Shown: positions 10,016-22,835, counted from the first letter of the stretch. The stretch is 64,000 nucleotides of DNA from an uncultured delta proteobacterium (GCA_963727625.1 CAVSHR010000004.1:1504001-1568000); one strand, 5' to 3'. Numbers and translations: made by a program. The notes: generated from the sequence alone by a model not told the origin.

Positions 10016-10093
10016 GCGCACCGGCGCCGGTGCGTGAGTCGGAATCACGAACTGATTTGGAATGCCGCGACGCGTTCGCCCGCGGAGCCCGGG

Positions 10094-10624
10094 CTAAGGG
10101 CGTTCGCGCCGCCGCAAATACATTTTGACCCAGTAATCATAAAGGGAAGCGACGGTGAACTTTTCGGTCTGATTGCGCTTCAAGGCCGATTCATAGTCGA
10201 TGGCAATATCCTGGCCATCCTTGCTCACGCCGAGAAGACGGCCCTGTTTCTGATCGACGAATGCGCCGACGGCGCGGAGTATTTGCGAAAGATTATGGGC
10301 CTCGGGGCCCCCGCCCCCGCTGCTTTGCCGTTTCGACTGCCCCTCGGCATCCATCCGAGCGATATCATCGTGCGTATAATGGAGCTCTAGCGCTCCCGAA
10401 GTGGGCTGGGGCTCTGGCGACGGCTCTGCCTTTTTGCGGCGAAAGATCTGCCAGGTCACGCGTAACGAGACATCCGGCGTTTGCGCCTGCGTCTTGGGAG
10501 GCTTTTGGGCGCGCACGGATATGCCGCTATCCTCGACCTTCAGCGAAAACGACTCGATCTGCAGCGGCTCCAACATTTGCCCGACCGGGCGAAGCAATTG
10601 AGAAAAATTTAAATTTAATGACAT
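10094..10624 (-). CDS. Hypothetical protein with internal duplication; paralog of 10859-11377
   Basis: Aligns along its length with the neighbouring ORF (LR..GQ.LE, ELHYT..D..R..AEG, LSQ.LR..G, LYD.WV.MYL.R). Confidence 0.75.
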   Translation of the reverse strand: MSLNLNFSQLLRPVGQMLEPLQIESFSLKVEDSGISVRAQKPPKTQAQTPDVSLRVTWQIFRRKKAEPSPEPQPTSGALELHYTHDDIARMDAEGQSKRQSSGGGGPEAHNLSQILRAVGAFVDQKQGRLLGVSKDGQDIAIDYESALKRNQTEKFTVASLYDYWVKMYLRRRERP

Positions 10625-10858
10625 GGCAGGCGCGAGTTATCAAAAAGACAAGCAGTTCTAAACAATTAATTTTACGCGCTCAGTCGCGCTGAATCGTCAC
10701 TGCGTCTGTTGTCCATTCCAATCCAGGCGTCATAGAGCGTCGGAAGGTCGTTTGGTTCGGTGGCTATTTGCCCGCACGGTCATTCATATTCGGCCCTGCT
10801 GATCGGGCATCCATCCGAAGACTGCACGCGCCTCCAGGCATTCCCGGTTCATTTGAGC

Positions 10859-11377
10859 CTAATGAGCGGTGCGCTCCGCCCGTTGTAAGTACATCCCTAC
10901 CCAAAGATCATAAAGATCTTTGACCGAGAAAGTGTCTTTGATTCGATTCCCCGACGAAGTTTCGTACTCTAAAGTCACAAACTCCATTTCGCGAGTTAAT
11001 TTGACCAGGCTAGCTGATTTCTTGCTCAAATATCCGCCAATACTACGTAGAGATTGCGATAGCCTGGACGCATCTGCCATAGCCGCAGAATTGCCTCGTC
11101 GTGAGCGCCCCTCTGCTTCCAGCCTCTCCACGTCCGATAATGTATAGTGTAATTCAATTGACGACGGTCCGTCGGAACCACTCCGGTCGCCCGCTTGAAG
11201 CGCGTCCCAAGCTGCGCGGATTTTATTCGCGCGCTGGTCTTTCGCGCGGGCCAAACTTCCTCGGATAAAGAATTTGTCGCCCGCGGTTTCCAATTCAAAG
11301 CCCTTGACATCCAATACTTCCAAGGCTTGGCCAATCGCACGCAACGGCTGCGCGTAATCCGTCACCTCAGCCATCAT
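10859..11377 (-). CDS. Hypothetical protein with internal duplication; paralog of 10094-10624
   Basis: Start re-called at ATG 11377 after a GGGGG SD-like run; paralogy as above. Confidence 0.75.
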   Translation of the reverse strand: MMAEVTDYAQPLRAIGQALEVLDVKGFELETAGDKFFIRGSLARAKDQRANKIRAAWDALQAGDRSGSDGPSSIELHYTLSDVERLEAEGRSRRGNSAAMADASRLSQSLRSIGGYLSKKSASLVKLTREMEFVTLEYETSSGNRIKDTFSVKDLYDLWVGMYLQRAERTAH

Positions 11378-11747
11378 TACCCCCACACTAACTTTGGCAT
11401 TGTCTGCGAACAATGCGCCGAAACTTGTCCAATAATTACGTTACAACTGACTCTATAACCGCTTTTTACTCTTCAGTGCATATTGTGTCAAGAAAATTTA
11501 CAACGGATCCACCTGGGGCCAGCCGCTATTTTAGGGTTATGAGGTTGTATTATCTCAATCGGCTGGAACACGACTGATTGCCTTCGCGATCATAAGACTG
11601 AAAACTTGGTGGCACCTCGTCGAATCACTCGTCACAATAAATCGATATTTTAACGAATAAAAATTGTAAAACATGTCGGCTAGGCGAACGGGGCCGTGAG
11701 CGTGAACGCAGGGAATCTCGGACAACATCGATTACGGCTTTCTAACC

Positions 11748-12920
11748 CTAACCGTTGCGCAGGCGGAAACCGCCTGCTGCCTGAAGCGTAATCGGTTTGG
11801 CCTTTTCGTCTTCGCAAGCTTGATCCGCTACCGGCTCTTGGTCGACCTTCAACCCGGCCAACTTTATTTTGAGTCTTAGATTGTTGGCGCTATCGGCATT
11901 CGCCAGGGCCTGGTCCAAACTGATTTGCCCCTCTTTATAGAGGCTAAAAAGCGCCTGATCGAAAGTCTGGCAACCCTCTTGTATACCTTGCTCCATGCCT
12001 CCTTTGAGTTCGTCGACCTCGCCTTTTTTAATCAGATCCTTGAGGCGCGGCGTATCCATCAAAATCTCCAAGGCCGCTACCCGCTTGCCACTAAGGGACG
12101 GAATCAAACGCTGGGAAACGATCGAGCGCAGATTGAGCGACAGTTGCAGATAGATTTGCGCGTGGCGCTCGCTCGGAAAGAAGTTCATGATTCGTTCGAT
12201 TGCTTGGTTGGCGTTGTTGGAGTGGAGTGTGCCGAGACAGAGATGGCCCGTTTCGGCGAAAACAATTGAGGCCTCCATCGTCTCGGTGTCGCGAATTTCA
12301 CCGATCAAAATGACGTCCGGGGCTTGGCGCAGCGTGTTTTTAAGCGCGGCTTGAAAGGAATGGGTGTCGAATCCCACTTCCCGTTGGGTTACCACGGATT
12401 TCTTGTGCCGATGGACAAACTCGATGGGATCTTCGATCGTGATGATATGCCCCGCTTCATTGGCGTTGCGGTGATCGATCATCGCGGCCAACGAGGTGGA
12501 TTTTCCGGAGCCGGTGGCGCCGACCACGAGAACCAATCCCCGTTTCGTCATGACGATATCTTTAAGTATCGACGGCAGGCCCATCTCATCGACCGACATG
12601 ACATCCGCCTTGATGCGCCGAATCACCATGCCTACCGAACCGCGCTGCTGAAACATGTTGATGCGAAAGCGGGCGACGCCCGGCAGTGACGTGGCCAAAT
12701 TCATCTCCAATGATTCGGCAAATTCTCGCTGCTGTTTTTCGTTTAAGATCGCTTGGACAAGCCCCTTGAGCTCATCGGGCGTGAACGAATGCTCGCCGAT
12801 CGCGCGAAGATCACCGTCGATCCGGTACATGGGCGGACGCGCCACCGTGAGGTAGAGATCCGACGCCTCCTGTTCGACCATCACGGTAAAGAAATCTTGT
12901 ATGTTGATGGCTGATTCCAT
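11748..12920 (-). CDS. pilU: Type IV pilus retraction ATPase PilU
   Basis: GATGSGKST, IEDPIE, LRQAPDVILIGEIRD, GTLHSNNANQ; follows pilT. Confidence 0.9.
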   Translation of the reverse strand: MESAINIQDFFTVMVEQEASDLYLTVARPPMYRIDGDLRAIGEHSFTPDELKGLVQAILNEKQQREFAESLEMNLATSLPGVARFRINMFQQRGSVGMVIRRIKADVMSVDEMGLPSILKDIVMTKRGLVLVVGATGSGKSTSLAAMIDHRNANEAGHIITIEDPIEFVHRHKKSVVTQREVGFDTHSFQAALKNTLRQAPDVILIGEIRDTETMEASIVFAETGHLCLGTLHSNNANQAIERIMNFFPSERHAQIYLQLSLNLRSIVSQRLIPSLSGKRVAALEILMDTPRLKDLIKKGEVDELKGGMEQGIQEGCQTFDQALFSLYKEGQISLDQALANADSANNLRLKIKLAGLKVDQEPVADQACEDEKAKPITLQAAGGFRLRNG

Positions 12921-12942
12921 GACGACGATCTCGCTCCGCTTT

Positions 12943-14016
12943 TTAGAGCCTCCCGCCGACCACTGCGGCCGGCCCGGCGGCGCCAAATAGATTGGGGTTC
13001 ATGCTTTTCGACTGGGCTTCTTCGCGAGTCACGATGCCCCGCGTTACCAGGTTCGTCAGCGCCATATCCATGGTCTGCATGCCGTCCCTCTGGCTTACTT
13101 GCATGGTGCCGGGGATTTGATGAATTTTTCCCTCGCGAATTAGATTACGCACCGCGGTGGTGCCCGTGAGAATCTCCAAGGCCGCCACGCGCCCGCCGAC
13201 CTTCTTCTTGAGCAGCGTTTGGGTGATCACCGCTTCCATCGACTCGGCGAATTGCGCGCGGATCTGTGCCTGCTGGGTAGGCGGGAAAACGTCGATGATA
13301 CGGTCGACGGTTTTCGGCGCGCTCGAAGTATGCAGCGTGCCGAAGACGATATGGCCGGTTTCCGCCGCCGTGAGAGCTAGCTGTATCGTCTCCAAGTCGC
13401 GCATTTCACCGACCAGGATAATATCCGGGTCCTCGCGCAACGCGGAACGCAGTGCGTTGGCGAACGAATGAGTATGCGGTCCCAGCTCGCGCTGGTTGAC
13501 CAAGCATTTTTTTGACTGATGGACGAATTCGATGGGATCCTCGACGGTGAGGATATGGCCTTCAAATGAGCTGTTTAGATAATCGACCATGGCGGCTAGC
13601 GTGGTCGATTTGCCGGAACCCGTCGGGCCGGTCACTAAAATCAAGCCCTTGTCCTTTTCGCAGAGCTGTTTCAGTATCGGCGGCATGCCCAGCTCTTCGA
13701 GACTCATCACCTTGGTCGGAATTGTTCGAAATACCGCGCCTTCGCCTTTCCGCTGCATAAAAACGTTGACACGAAAGCGCGCCACTTGACCCAACTCAAA
13801 AGAAAAATCGCATTCATGAGTTTCTTCGAAAACCCGTCGCTGCACGTCGTTCATGATGTCGTAGACGAGCGCGTGAACCTGCTCTTTAGTCAGAGCCGGA
13901 TTGTCCAGCTTCTTGAGCTCGCCGTCGATGCGAATCATCGGCGGTTCGCCGGCGCTCAAGTGACAATCCGACGCCCCCTGTTCAACGCCGAATACTAGAA
14001 GATTGGTAATATCCAT
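12943..14016 (-). CDS. pilT: Type IV pilus retraction ATPase PilT
   Basis: GPTGSGKST, LREDPD, GTLHTSSA, AVRNLIRE (AIRNLIRE motif). Confidence 0.93.
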   Translation of the reverse strand: MDITNLLVFGVEQGASDCHLSAGEPPMIRIDGELKKLDNPALTKEQVHALVYDIMNDVQRRVFEETHECDFSFELGQVARFRVNVFMQRKGEGAVFRTIPTKVMSLEELGMPPILKQLCEKDKGLILVTGPTGSGKSTTLAAMVDYLNSSFEGHILTVEDPIEFVHQSKKCLVNQRELGPHTHSFANALRSALREDPDIILVGEMRDLETIQLALTAAETGHIVFGTLHTSSAPKTVDRIIDVFPPTQQAQIRAQFAESMEAVITQTLLKKKVGGRVAALEILTGTTAVRNLIREGKIHQIPGTMQVSQRDGMQTMDMALTNLVTRGIVTREEAQSKSMNPNLFGAAGPAAVVGGRL

Positions 14017-14237
14017 AGTGTTAAGCTCCACAGCCGCGCGTAGGTGAATTTTATTATACTGGCGTGAAATCTGTAAAGAATTTTAAGATCTACCGGATCG
14101 TAAGCTCGCAAATACAGTACCAAGACTGCCGCAGCGTCAAAATCATTTTCAGCGCGTCGCCCCGCTATGATTTGATTCTTGATTCTCTTCGTAAAAGCAG
14201 ATACTTATGCGCTAACTTCTGAGAGAAATTAGAAATT

Positions 14238-15011
14238 ATGTTAAATCGAAAAGTTGCCTTGGTGACGGGCGGGGGTACCGGAATTGGTAAGGCAATTGCG
14301 CTGGGCTTGGCCCAAAATGGTGCGAATGTGGCCATCGCTTCCCGCGACCTGTCCCATATTGAACAGACGAGCGCGGAGCTAAAAAAGCACGGCCTTTCGG
14401 TCCTTCCGCTCCAGATGGATGTCCGAAAGAAGTCAGATGTTCAGCGAACTATTGCAGCCATTGTGTCGAGCTGGGGCGCAGTGCATATCTTGGTGAATAA
14501 CGCCGGACGGTCCGGACTGAGCATGATGAACGACCCGGACGACGCCACGTGGTACGACATCATCGACACGAACCTAAACGGGCTGTATCTCGTCACCAAG
14601 GCTGTGCTGGAAAAAATGCCGGACCATGCGGGCGGCAGGATCATCAACATCTCCTCCGTTCTGGGAAAATTCGGCGTGCCTGGCTATACGGCATATTGCA
14701 CGACCAAACATGGCATGATCGGCTTTTCACGGGCCCTCGCGCTGGAAGTGGTCCACCGCGGCATTACCGTCAATACCATCTGTCCGGGTTGGGTGGACAC
14801 CGAAATGGCCACACTCGGCATCAACGAAACCGCCGCGTCTCAGGGGATTACACCGGAAGAATTCCGCGCTCAAGCCACGGCCGCGGTGCCGATTAAACGA
14901 TTTCTTCAAGCCGATGAAATCGCCGATCTGGTTTGTTACATCGCTTCTGAGGCGGCCCGCGGCATCACCGGTCAAGCCATGAATATCTGCGGCGGTCAGA
15001 CAATGGATTAG
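14238..15011 (+). CDS. Short-chain dehydrogenase/reductase
   Basis: TGGGTGIG, NNAG, YCTTK (YxxxK), ICPGWVDT. Confidence 0.9.
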   Translation: MLNRKVALVTGGGTGIGKAIALGLAQNGANVAIASRDLSHIEQTSAELKKHGLSVLPLQMDVRKKSDVQRTIAAIVSSWGAVHILVNNAGRSGLSMMNDPDDATWYDIIDTNLNGLYLVTKAVLEKMPDHAGGRIINISSVLGKFGVPGYTAYCTTKHGMIGFSRALALEVVHRGITVNTICPGWVDTEMATLGINETAASQGITPEEFRAQATAAVPIKRFLQADEIADLVCYIASEAARGITGQAMNICGGQTMD

Positions 15012-15115
15012 CGCGACGGGTTGACACCGACTTTTGACCCGCAGTATGGACTGCGCCTTTACCCGCTTCACGGCGCGGATCGAATCGCCATTCTGACTTT
15101 TAATTGGAGAACCTC

Positions 15116-16645
15116 GTGAGCCTCGAATCGATCATCGTTCGAAATCCCGCGACGCTGGAGAAAATCGCCGAGTTGCCGGTCGCGTCGTCATCCGACGTCG
15201 CCGCGACCGTGAAACGCGGCCGCGCGGCGCAGGCGACCTGGCAGGAAACCAGTTTCGCCGAGCGCGCGCGGCTGTTTTACCGACTGCGCGATTTGCTGCT
15301 CGACGAAGCCGATAAACTTTCGGATATCCTGACTAGCGAAACCGGCCGGCCCCGGGCGGAAGTTCACGGCAACGAGCTGTTGTATCTCTGCGATGCCATC
15401 GGCGTTTGGGCGAAGAAAAGCCCACGCTACCTTCGTCCGAAAAAAATTCGGCCGTACTTCCCGTTACTCAAAATCAAGAGAGTCGTCTCAACCTACGCGC
15501 CGCGCGGTGTCATCGGAATGATCAGCCCATGGAATTTCCCATTGACCATGACCCTGGGGGAGGCATTGCCGGCGTTGATGGCGGGCAATGCAGTAATCAT
15601 CAAACCCTCGGAGTTGACGCCCCTGTCGGCGCTTTTCGGCGCGGAAATTGCGGCTAAAGCTGGCTTCCCGGAACATCTATTGCAGGTGGTTACCGGTTAC
15701 GGCGCGACCGGCGAAGCGCTGGTGGACCATGCCGATATGATCGCTTTTACCGGCAGCGTGGAGACCGGCAAGCGGGTCATGCGGCGCGCGGCGGATCGAG
15801 TAATTCCGGTGTCCCTGGAGCTCGGCGGCAAAGATCCGATGATCGTTTTGAAGGACGCGGCGCTCGATCGCGCGGTCGGCGCTTGCGTTTGGGGCGCGAT
15901 GATGAATTGCGGCCAGATATGCACTTCCATTGAACGGGTTTATGTCGAAGCGGCCGTTTATCAACAATTCGTCGACAAGGTCGTCGCGCGGGTGCGCGCC
16001 ATACGCCAAGGCCCGAGCGCAAACGACGTGGATGTCGGTTGCATCACTTCGGAAGCGCAATTGAAAAAAATCGTTGCCCAGGTCGACGAAGCGCTGGCCA
16101 AAGGCGCCAAAGCGCTCACCGGCGGGCGGCGTAATCCGAGTCTCCCGGGCTACTATTACGAACCGACCGTGCTCGTCGACGTCGACGATTCCATGCAGGT
16201 CATGACCGAAGAAACCTTCGGCCCGATCATACCGATTGTCAAAGTGAACGATGCCGCCGAAGCGCTGCGTCTGGCCAACGCCTCGCGTTACGGCCTAAGC
16301 GGCAGCATCTTCACCCGGGATCCGGCGCTAGCCCGACACTTAGCGGATGAGATGCAAAGCGGCTCGGTGTGCATCAATGACAGCTTGGTGCCGTTCATCG
16401 TCGTGGATGCGCCCATGGGCGGGCGCAAAGACAGCGGCTTCAGCTCTCGCCACGGCGCCCAAGGCATCCGCAAATTCTGCCAGCAAAAAACCATCGTCAT
16501 CGACAGATTCGGTCTCAAGGAGGAGTTTCCCTGGTACCCCGCTAGTAAACAAAAAGCGCTCCAAGTTCGCCATCTTCTCAACCTGCTTTGCCATTCCGGC
16601 TGGCGCCACAAGCTCAGCGCCCTTAAAGGCCTGATCAAGAGCTAG
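15116..16645 (+). CDS. Aldehyde dehydrogenase family protein
   Basis: PWNFP, FTGS, LELGGK, catalytic Cys in GQICTS, EETFGP. GTG start at 15116 follows GGAG. Confidence 0.9.
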   Translation: MSLESIIVRNPATLEKIAELPVASSSDVAATVKRGRAAQATWQETSFAERARLFYRLRDLLLDEADKLSDILTSETGRPRAEVHGNELLYLCDAIGVWAKKSPRYLRPKKIRPYFPLLKIKRVVSTYAPRGVIGMISPWNFPLTMTLGEALPALMAGNAVIIKPSELTPLSALFGAEIAAKAGFPEHLLQVVTGYGATGEALVDHADMIAFTGSVETGKRVMRRAADRVIPVSLELGGKDPMIVLKDAALDRAVGACVWGAMMNCGQICTSIERVYVEAAVYQQFVDKVVARVRAIRQGPSANDVDVGCITSEAQLKKIVAQVDEALAKGAKALTGGRRNPSLPGYYYEPTVLVDVDDSMQVMTEETFGPIIPIVKVNDAAEALRLANASRYGLSGSIFTRDPALARHLADEMQSGSVCINDSLVPFIVVDAPMGGRKDSGFSSRHGAQGIRKFCQQKTIVIDRFGLKEEFPWYPASKQKALQVRHLLNLLCHSGWRHKLSALKGLIKS

Positions 16646-16725
16646 ACTCGCTTGCACTCCAACCGGGATTCTACTAATTAAAGACGATATTCACGGACAA
16701 TAGTATCATTTCAGAGGAGATTTAC

Positions 16726-18108
16726 ATGTCTAAAGATCTGCCCAGCTTTATCGCTCAGGAAGGCGCCAAAAGAGAAGGTTCGGTCATTCGCGAGAACAAT
16801 TTTATCGATGCCAACAATTATGAGACGGTCGCCTACCTGAAGCACCTCGACCTGCGCAACGAGCCCAAGATGGTTCTGTTCGAGAACGTGCCCGCGTTGA
16901 ACGGTCAGAAGTCGCCCTTTCCGATGTTTTACAACCCCTGGGTGACCCGGCAGTATGTCGCCGATTCCCTCGATATGGGCGACATCAAGTCACCCATGGA
17001 AGTCAGCCTGGAAGTCGCCAGGCTCGAACAGCAACAAGGCAAGATCGAAGTCATCGCGCCGGAAACTGCGCCTGTAAAACAAGTCGTGCTCACCGGCGAA
17101 AAGGCCGATCTCAGGGTTCTGCCCATGCCCGTGCACCAAAAAGGCGACGCCGGCCCCTACCATACGATGACCTGCGCCATGAAAGGATTGAACGCGGATT
17201 TTTACGACATCACCTTCACTAAAAATAAGTATTATGATCCCCAGCATATGAGCTTCTCGGCACACAAACACCATCATCTCGAAGCGATGGCCTGCGAATA
17301 CGAAGGACAGAATCTGCGCGCGCCGGTGATCGTCATCCTGGGGCATCATCCCGCATTCTACCTTTCCTCATGCGCCATGACCGCCATGGGCAACAACGAC
17401 TACCTCACCGCGTCGGCGTTCCTAAAAGAACCGCTGCGGGTCACACCGTCGACGACCTGGGGCGATAAGTTCATGGTTCCCGCCGATGCCGAAGTGATCA
17501 TCGAAGGTGAAATTCTACCGGGCGTGCGCAAGTCGCAAAACCCCTTCGGCGAAATTCTCGGTTATGCCCAGCCGGTGATGGATGTTCCGGTCATCGAAGT
17601 AACCGCGATCACCCACCGCCGCGGCGGCATTGTCGAAGACTTCTGGCCCGGCCACATGGACCATTGGAATCTCGGCAGCATTCCAAAAGAGGGCAGCACG
17701 TACAACGTCATCAAGAAAAATATTCCGGGCATCAAAGGCATCCATCTCGCCGCGTCCGGTTGCGGCCGCTGCATCTGCTATATTTCGATCAAGAAAGAGT
17801 TTGAAAACGAGCCCAACAAAGCCGGCATGCAGGCCTTCGTCGAGATGCCCAATCTTAAACTTGCGGTCATCGTCGACGAAGACATCGACGTCTATAACGA
17901 ACGCGAGGTAATGTGGGCGGTGGCCACCCGCGTGCACTGGGATAAGGACATCGAGATCATTCGCGAAGTGCAGAGTTTTCGCGGCTGGCTCGGCGACACC
18001 GTGGCGATCATCGACGCCACCATTCCATTGAAATCGAAAGCCGATTGGCCGGTGCGCAACGAGGTCGAGCCCGCAGCTTTTGAACGGGTCGCTAAATATT
18101 TTAAATAA
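16726..18108 (+). CDS. UbiD-family (prFMN-dependent) decarboxylase
   Basis: D.GPY, VPADAEVIIEG, PFGE..GY, VIVDEDIDV...V.WA.ATR, IIDAT. Confidence 0.85.
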   Translation: MSKDLPSFIAQEGAKREGSVIRENNFIDANNYETVAYLKHLDLRNEPKMVLFENVPALNGQKSPFPMFYNPWVTRQYVADSLDMGDIKSPMEVSLEVARLEQQQGKIEVIAPETAPVKQVVLTGEKADLRVLPMPVHQKGDAGPYHTMTCAMKGLNADFYDITFTKNKYYDPQHMSFSAHKHHHLEAMACEYEGQNLRAPVIVILGHHPAFYLSSCAMTAMGNNDYLTASAFLKEPLRVTPSTTWGDKFMVPADAEVIIEGEILPGVRKSQNPFGEILGYAQPVMDVPVIEVTAITHRRGGIVEDFWPGHMDHWNLGSIPKEGSTYNVIKKNIPGIKGIHLAASGCGRCICYISIKKEFENEPNKAGMQAFVEMPNLKLAVIVDEDIDVYNEREVMWAVATRVHWDKDIEIIREVQSFRGWLGDTVAIIDATIPLKSKADWPVRNEVEPAAFERVAKYFK

Positions 18109-18120
18109 GAGGAATGGAAA

Positions 18121-18468
18121 ATGGCGGACAAGGTCAAATTTATCTACAAAGCAACTTGAACGACTTGCCGCAAAGCAAGAAGTTTCTTGCAAGCGAAGAA
18201 AGTCGATTTCGAAGAGCGCGACTACGGGAAAACTCCGTTGACCGAGAAAGAATTGCGGGACATCATCGGCGACGATCCTATCGAGCGCTTTCTAAACACC
18301 CGGACGCCGCTCTATCGGGGAAAGAACATGAAACACAAGCCGCCCTCGAAAGACGAGGCGATCACGCTCATGCTCAAAGACCCGAATCTGCTCAAGCGGC
18401 CGGTGATCCTTAAGGGCAAGAAAAAATTGACCGGCTTTGACGAAGCCGCACTCAAGCAACTGCTCTAA
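18121..18468 (+). CDS. ArsC/Spx-family thioredoxin-fold selenoprotein (UxxC), 115 aa
   Basis: ATG at 18121 after GAGGA; [25 protein letters not shown] is in frame with the 18187-18468 ORF (LLKRPVI). TGA sits at the first Cys of the CxxC motif. Confidence 0.85.
18169..18195 (+). promoter_or_regulatory. Putative bacterial SECIS hairpin
   Basis: CGC-aaa-GCAAGA-[AGTT]-TCTTGC-aa-GCG. The apical loop starts 22 nt after UGA and has G at position 2 followed by U. Confidence 0.65.
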
Positions 18469-18557
18469 TCCGCAAGATCCAGGGCACGGAGAACGCTCCG
18501 CGACCGGAGTGCCGATCCAAGATTTGCATTTATTCAACAAGCTGGAAAAGTTGCGCT

Positions 18558-19427
18558 ATGGCTGAAGAAACGCTCTCTGGTTTAAAACTGTTCAATCGCG
18601 GCAAAGTCCGCGATATTTACGACTTGGGCGACAAGCTCTTGCTCGTCGCGAGCGATCGTATCTCCGCGTTCGACGTGATCTTGCCGACGCTGATCCCGGA
18701 TAAGGGCAAGATTCTCACGGCGATGTCCGTCTATTGGTTCGACGTAATCAAGGACGTCGTTCCGCACCACTTGATCACCACCGACGTGGACAAATTTCCC
18801 GCCGCCTGCCGGCCGCACAAGGACGCGCTGGACGGCCGCTCGATGTTGGTAAAAAAGAGTTTGCCCGCGCCGGTGGAATGTATCGTGCGCGGTTACCTCG
18901 TCGGCTCGGGTTGGAAAGATTACCAACAAACCGGCTCGGTCTGCGATATTGCGTTGCCCAAAGGTCTCGTGGAAGCGTCGCGCTTGGATGAGCCGATCTT
19001 CACGCCGTCGACTAAAGCCCAGATCGGCGCGCACGACGTTAACATCAGTTTTGACGATATGGCCGCCAAGGTCGGCCGGAAAAGAGCCGAGAGGATGCGC
19101 GATGCCACCGTCGCGATTTACAGCCGCGCGAGGGAGATGGCCGAGAAGAAAGGCATCATCATCGCCGACACGAAACTCGAATTCGGCATCGAAGGCGAAG
19201 ACGTTATGCTGATCGACGAGGTGCTCACACCCGACTCGTCCCGGTTCTGGCCGATGGATGGATACCGGCCCGGCAAGACCCCGGACAGCTTCGACAAACA
19301 GTTCGTGCGCGACTACCTGATCAACCTGCCTTGGGACATGAAATCTCCGCCGCCAGAGTTGCCGCCAGAGATCGTCGAGAAGACTCAAGAGAAGTATCGA
19401 GAAGCGCTCAGGCGGTTGACCAGCTGA
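18558..19427 (+). CDS. purC: SAICAR synthetase
   Basis: [54 protein letters not shown]. Confidence 0.96.
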   Translation: MAEETLSGLKLFNRGKVRDIYDLGDKLLLVASDRISAFDVILPTLIPDKGKILTAMSVYWFDVIKDVVPHHLITTDVDKFPAACRPHKDALDGRSMLVKKSLPAPVECIVRGYLVGSGWKDYQQTGSVCDIALPKGLVEASRLDEPIFTPSTKAQIGAHDVNISFDDMAAKVGRKRAERMRDATVAIYSRAREMAEKKGIIIADTKLEFGIEGEDVMLIDEVLTPDSSRFWPMDGYRPGKTPDSFDKQFVRDYLINLPWDMKSPPPELPPEIVEKTQEKYREALRRLTS

Positions 19428-19478
19428 TTTCCAATCTGCCTTCCCGTTTGCGCCTCGTGCCGGCGTGACTTATTCACG

Positions 19479-20000
19479 CTAGGCGCGTTGGCAGCGATGC
19501 AGTATTTTTTTTACCATCTCAGTCGCCTTCTTAGGGTCGTAGTTATGCGGGATATGCACAAAACCATACGGAATATCTATCCGATTACGCCGGATGTGGT
19601 CGAGTATCACATACATGGAAAAGTTACAGACATAGTCACCGGCGCTCGCTGACTTCCTTACCTGCTTTCCCAGATGTAGCTGCAACGTTGTTTTGAGGCG
19701 TTTCGGACCACCGGATGAGATCGGCTGCGGCTTATCCGGCCGGCGAGCGCGGCGGCGATTGAGCGCTTGCGCTTCCACGTCAATGCGCCGGCGCGAGCTC
19801 TGACCCAGCCCAAGAACGATGTCGGGTTTGAAACGCTTGAGCAGGTCAATAAATTGTCCCCGGTGAAAGCGCACCGGGAACACGGTCTTTTTCAATCCCG
19901 GTTGTGACGGCAGCGATTTGATGATCCGTTCGGTGATGTTGTCGCGAAATCGCCCGTAGGATCCAAAACCATAGATCAAGGTACGCTTCGTCCTTTGCAT
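19479..20000 (-). CDS. Pyroglutamyl-peptidase I family (C15)
   Basis: GF.YG...N, LGLGQ, Glu in VEAQA, AGDYVCN (Cys), FVHIP (His). Confidence 0.8.
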   Translation of the reverse strand: MQRTKRTLIYGFGSYGRFRDNITERIIKSLPSQPGLKKTVFPVRFHRGQFIDLLKRFKPDIVLGLGQSSRRRIDVEAQALNRRRARRPDKPQPISSGGPKRLKTTLQLHLGKQVRKSASAGDYVCNFSMYVILDHIRRNRIDIPYGFVHIPHNYDPKKATEMVKKILHRCQRA

Positions 20001-20042
20001 GAATCAGAACCAATTCTGAGAGACGACAGTTTGCCTAAAACG

Positions 20043-20069
20043 AAACTGGCCGCGCGAGGCGGCCAGTTT
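20043..20069 (-). terminator. Rho-independent terminator downstream of thiC
   Basis: AAACTGGCCGC-5 nt-GCGGCCAGTTT perfect inverted repeat, followed by a T-rich tract on the minus strand. Confidence 0.7.
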
Positions 20070-20092
20070 GAAGTCTAACCCGATGGCGACGG

Positions 20093-22670
<2,578 letters not shown>

Positions 22671-22768
22671 GTTCTGTTCTTAAGCTAGCTGCGGTGTGCA
22701 GCGCGAGACGGCGCATGGGCCATTGCCGACGCGTTTCACGAGCCGATCGCGGCTCTTGGTTTTAGGTT

Positions 22769-22798
22769 AACTTATAGACCATTACCATGGGATGTCAA
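22769..22798 (-). promoter_or_regulatory. Putative sigma70 promoter for nuoI-thiC
   Basis: TTGACA (22798-22793), then TATAAGTT 16-18 nt downstream. Confidence 0.45.
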
Positions 22799-22835
22799 GG
22801 AAACGAAACTCTGGAATTTCAGCTGCTTTCAAGAT

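Noticed and set aside
18114-18413. 99-aa ORF at the ubiD 3' end
   Set aside because: Alternative frame of the ArsC-like selenoprotein; no family features.
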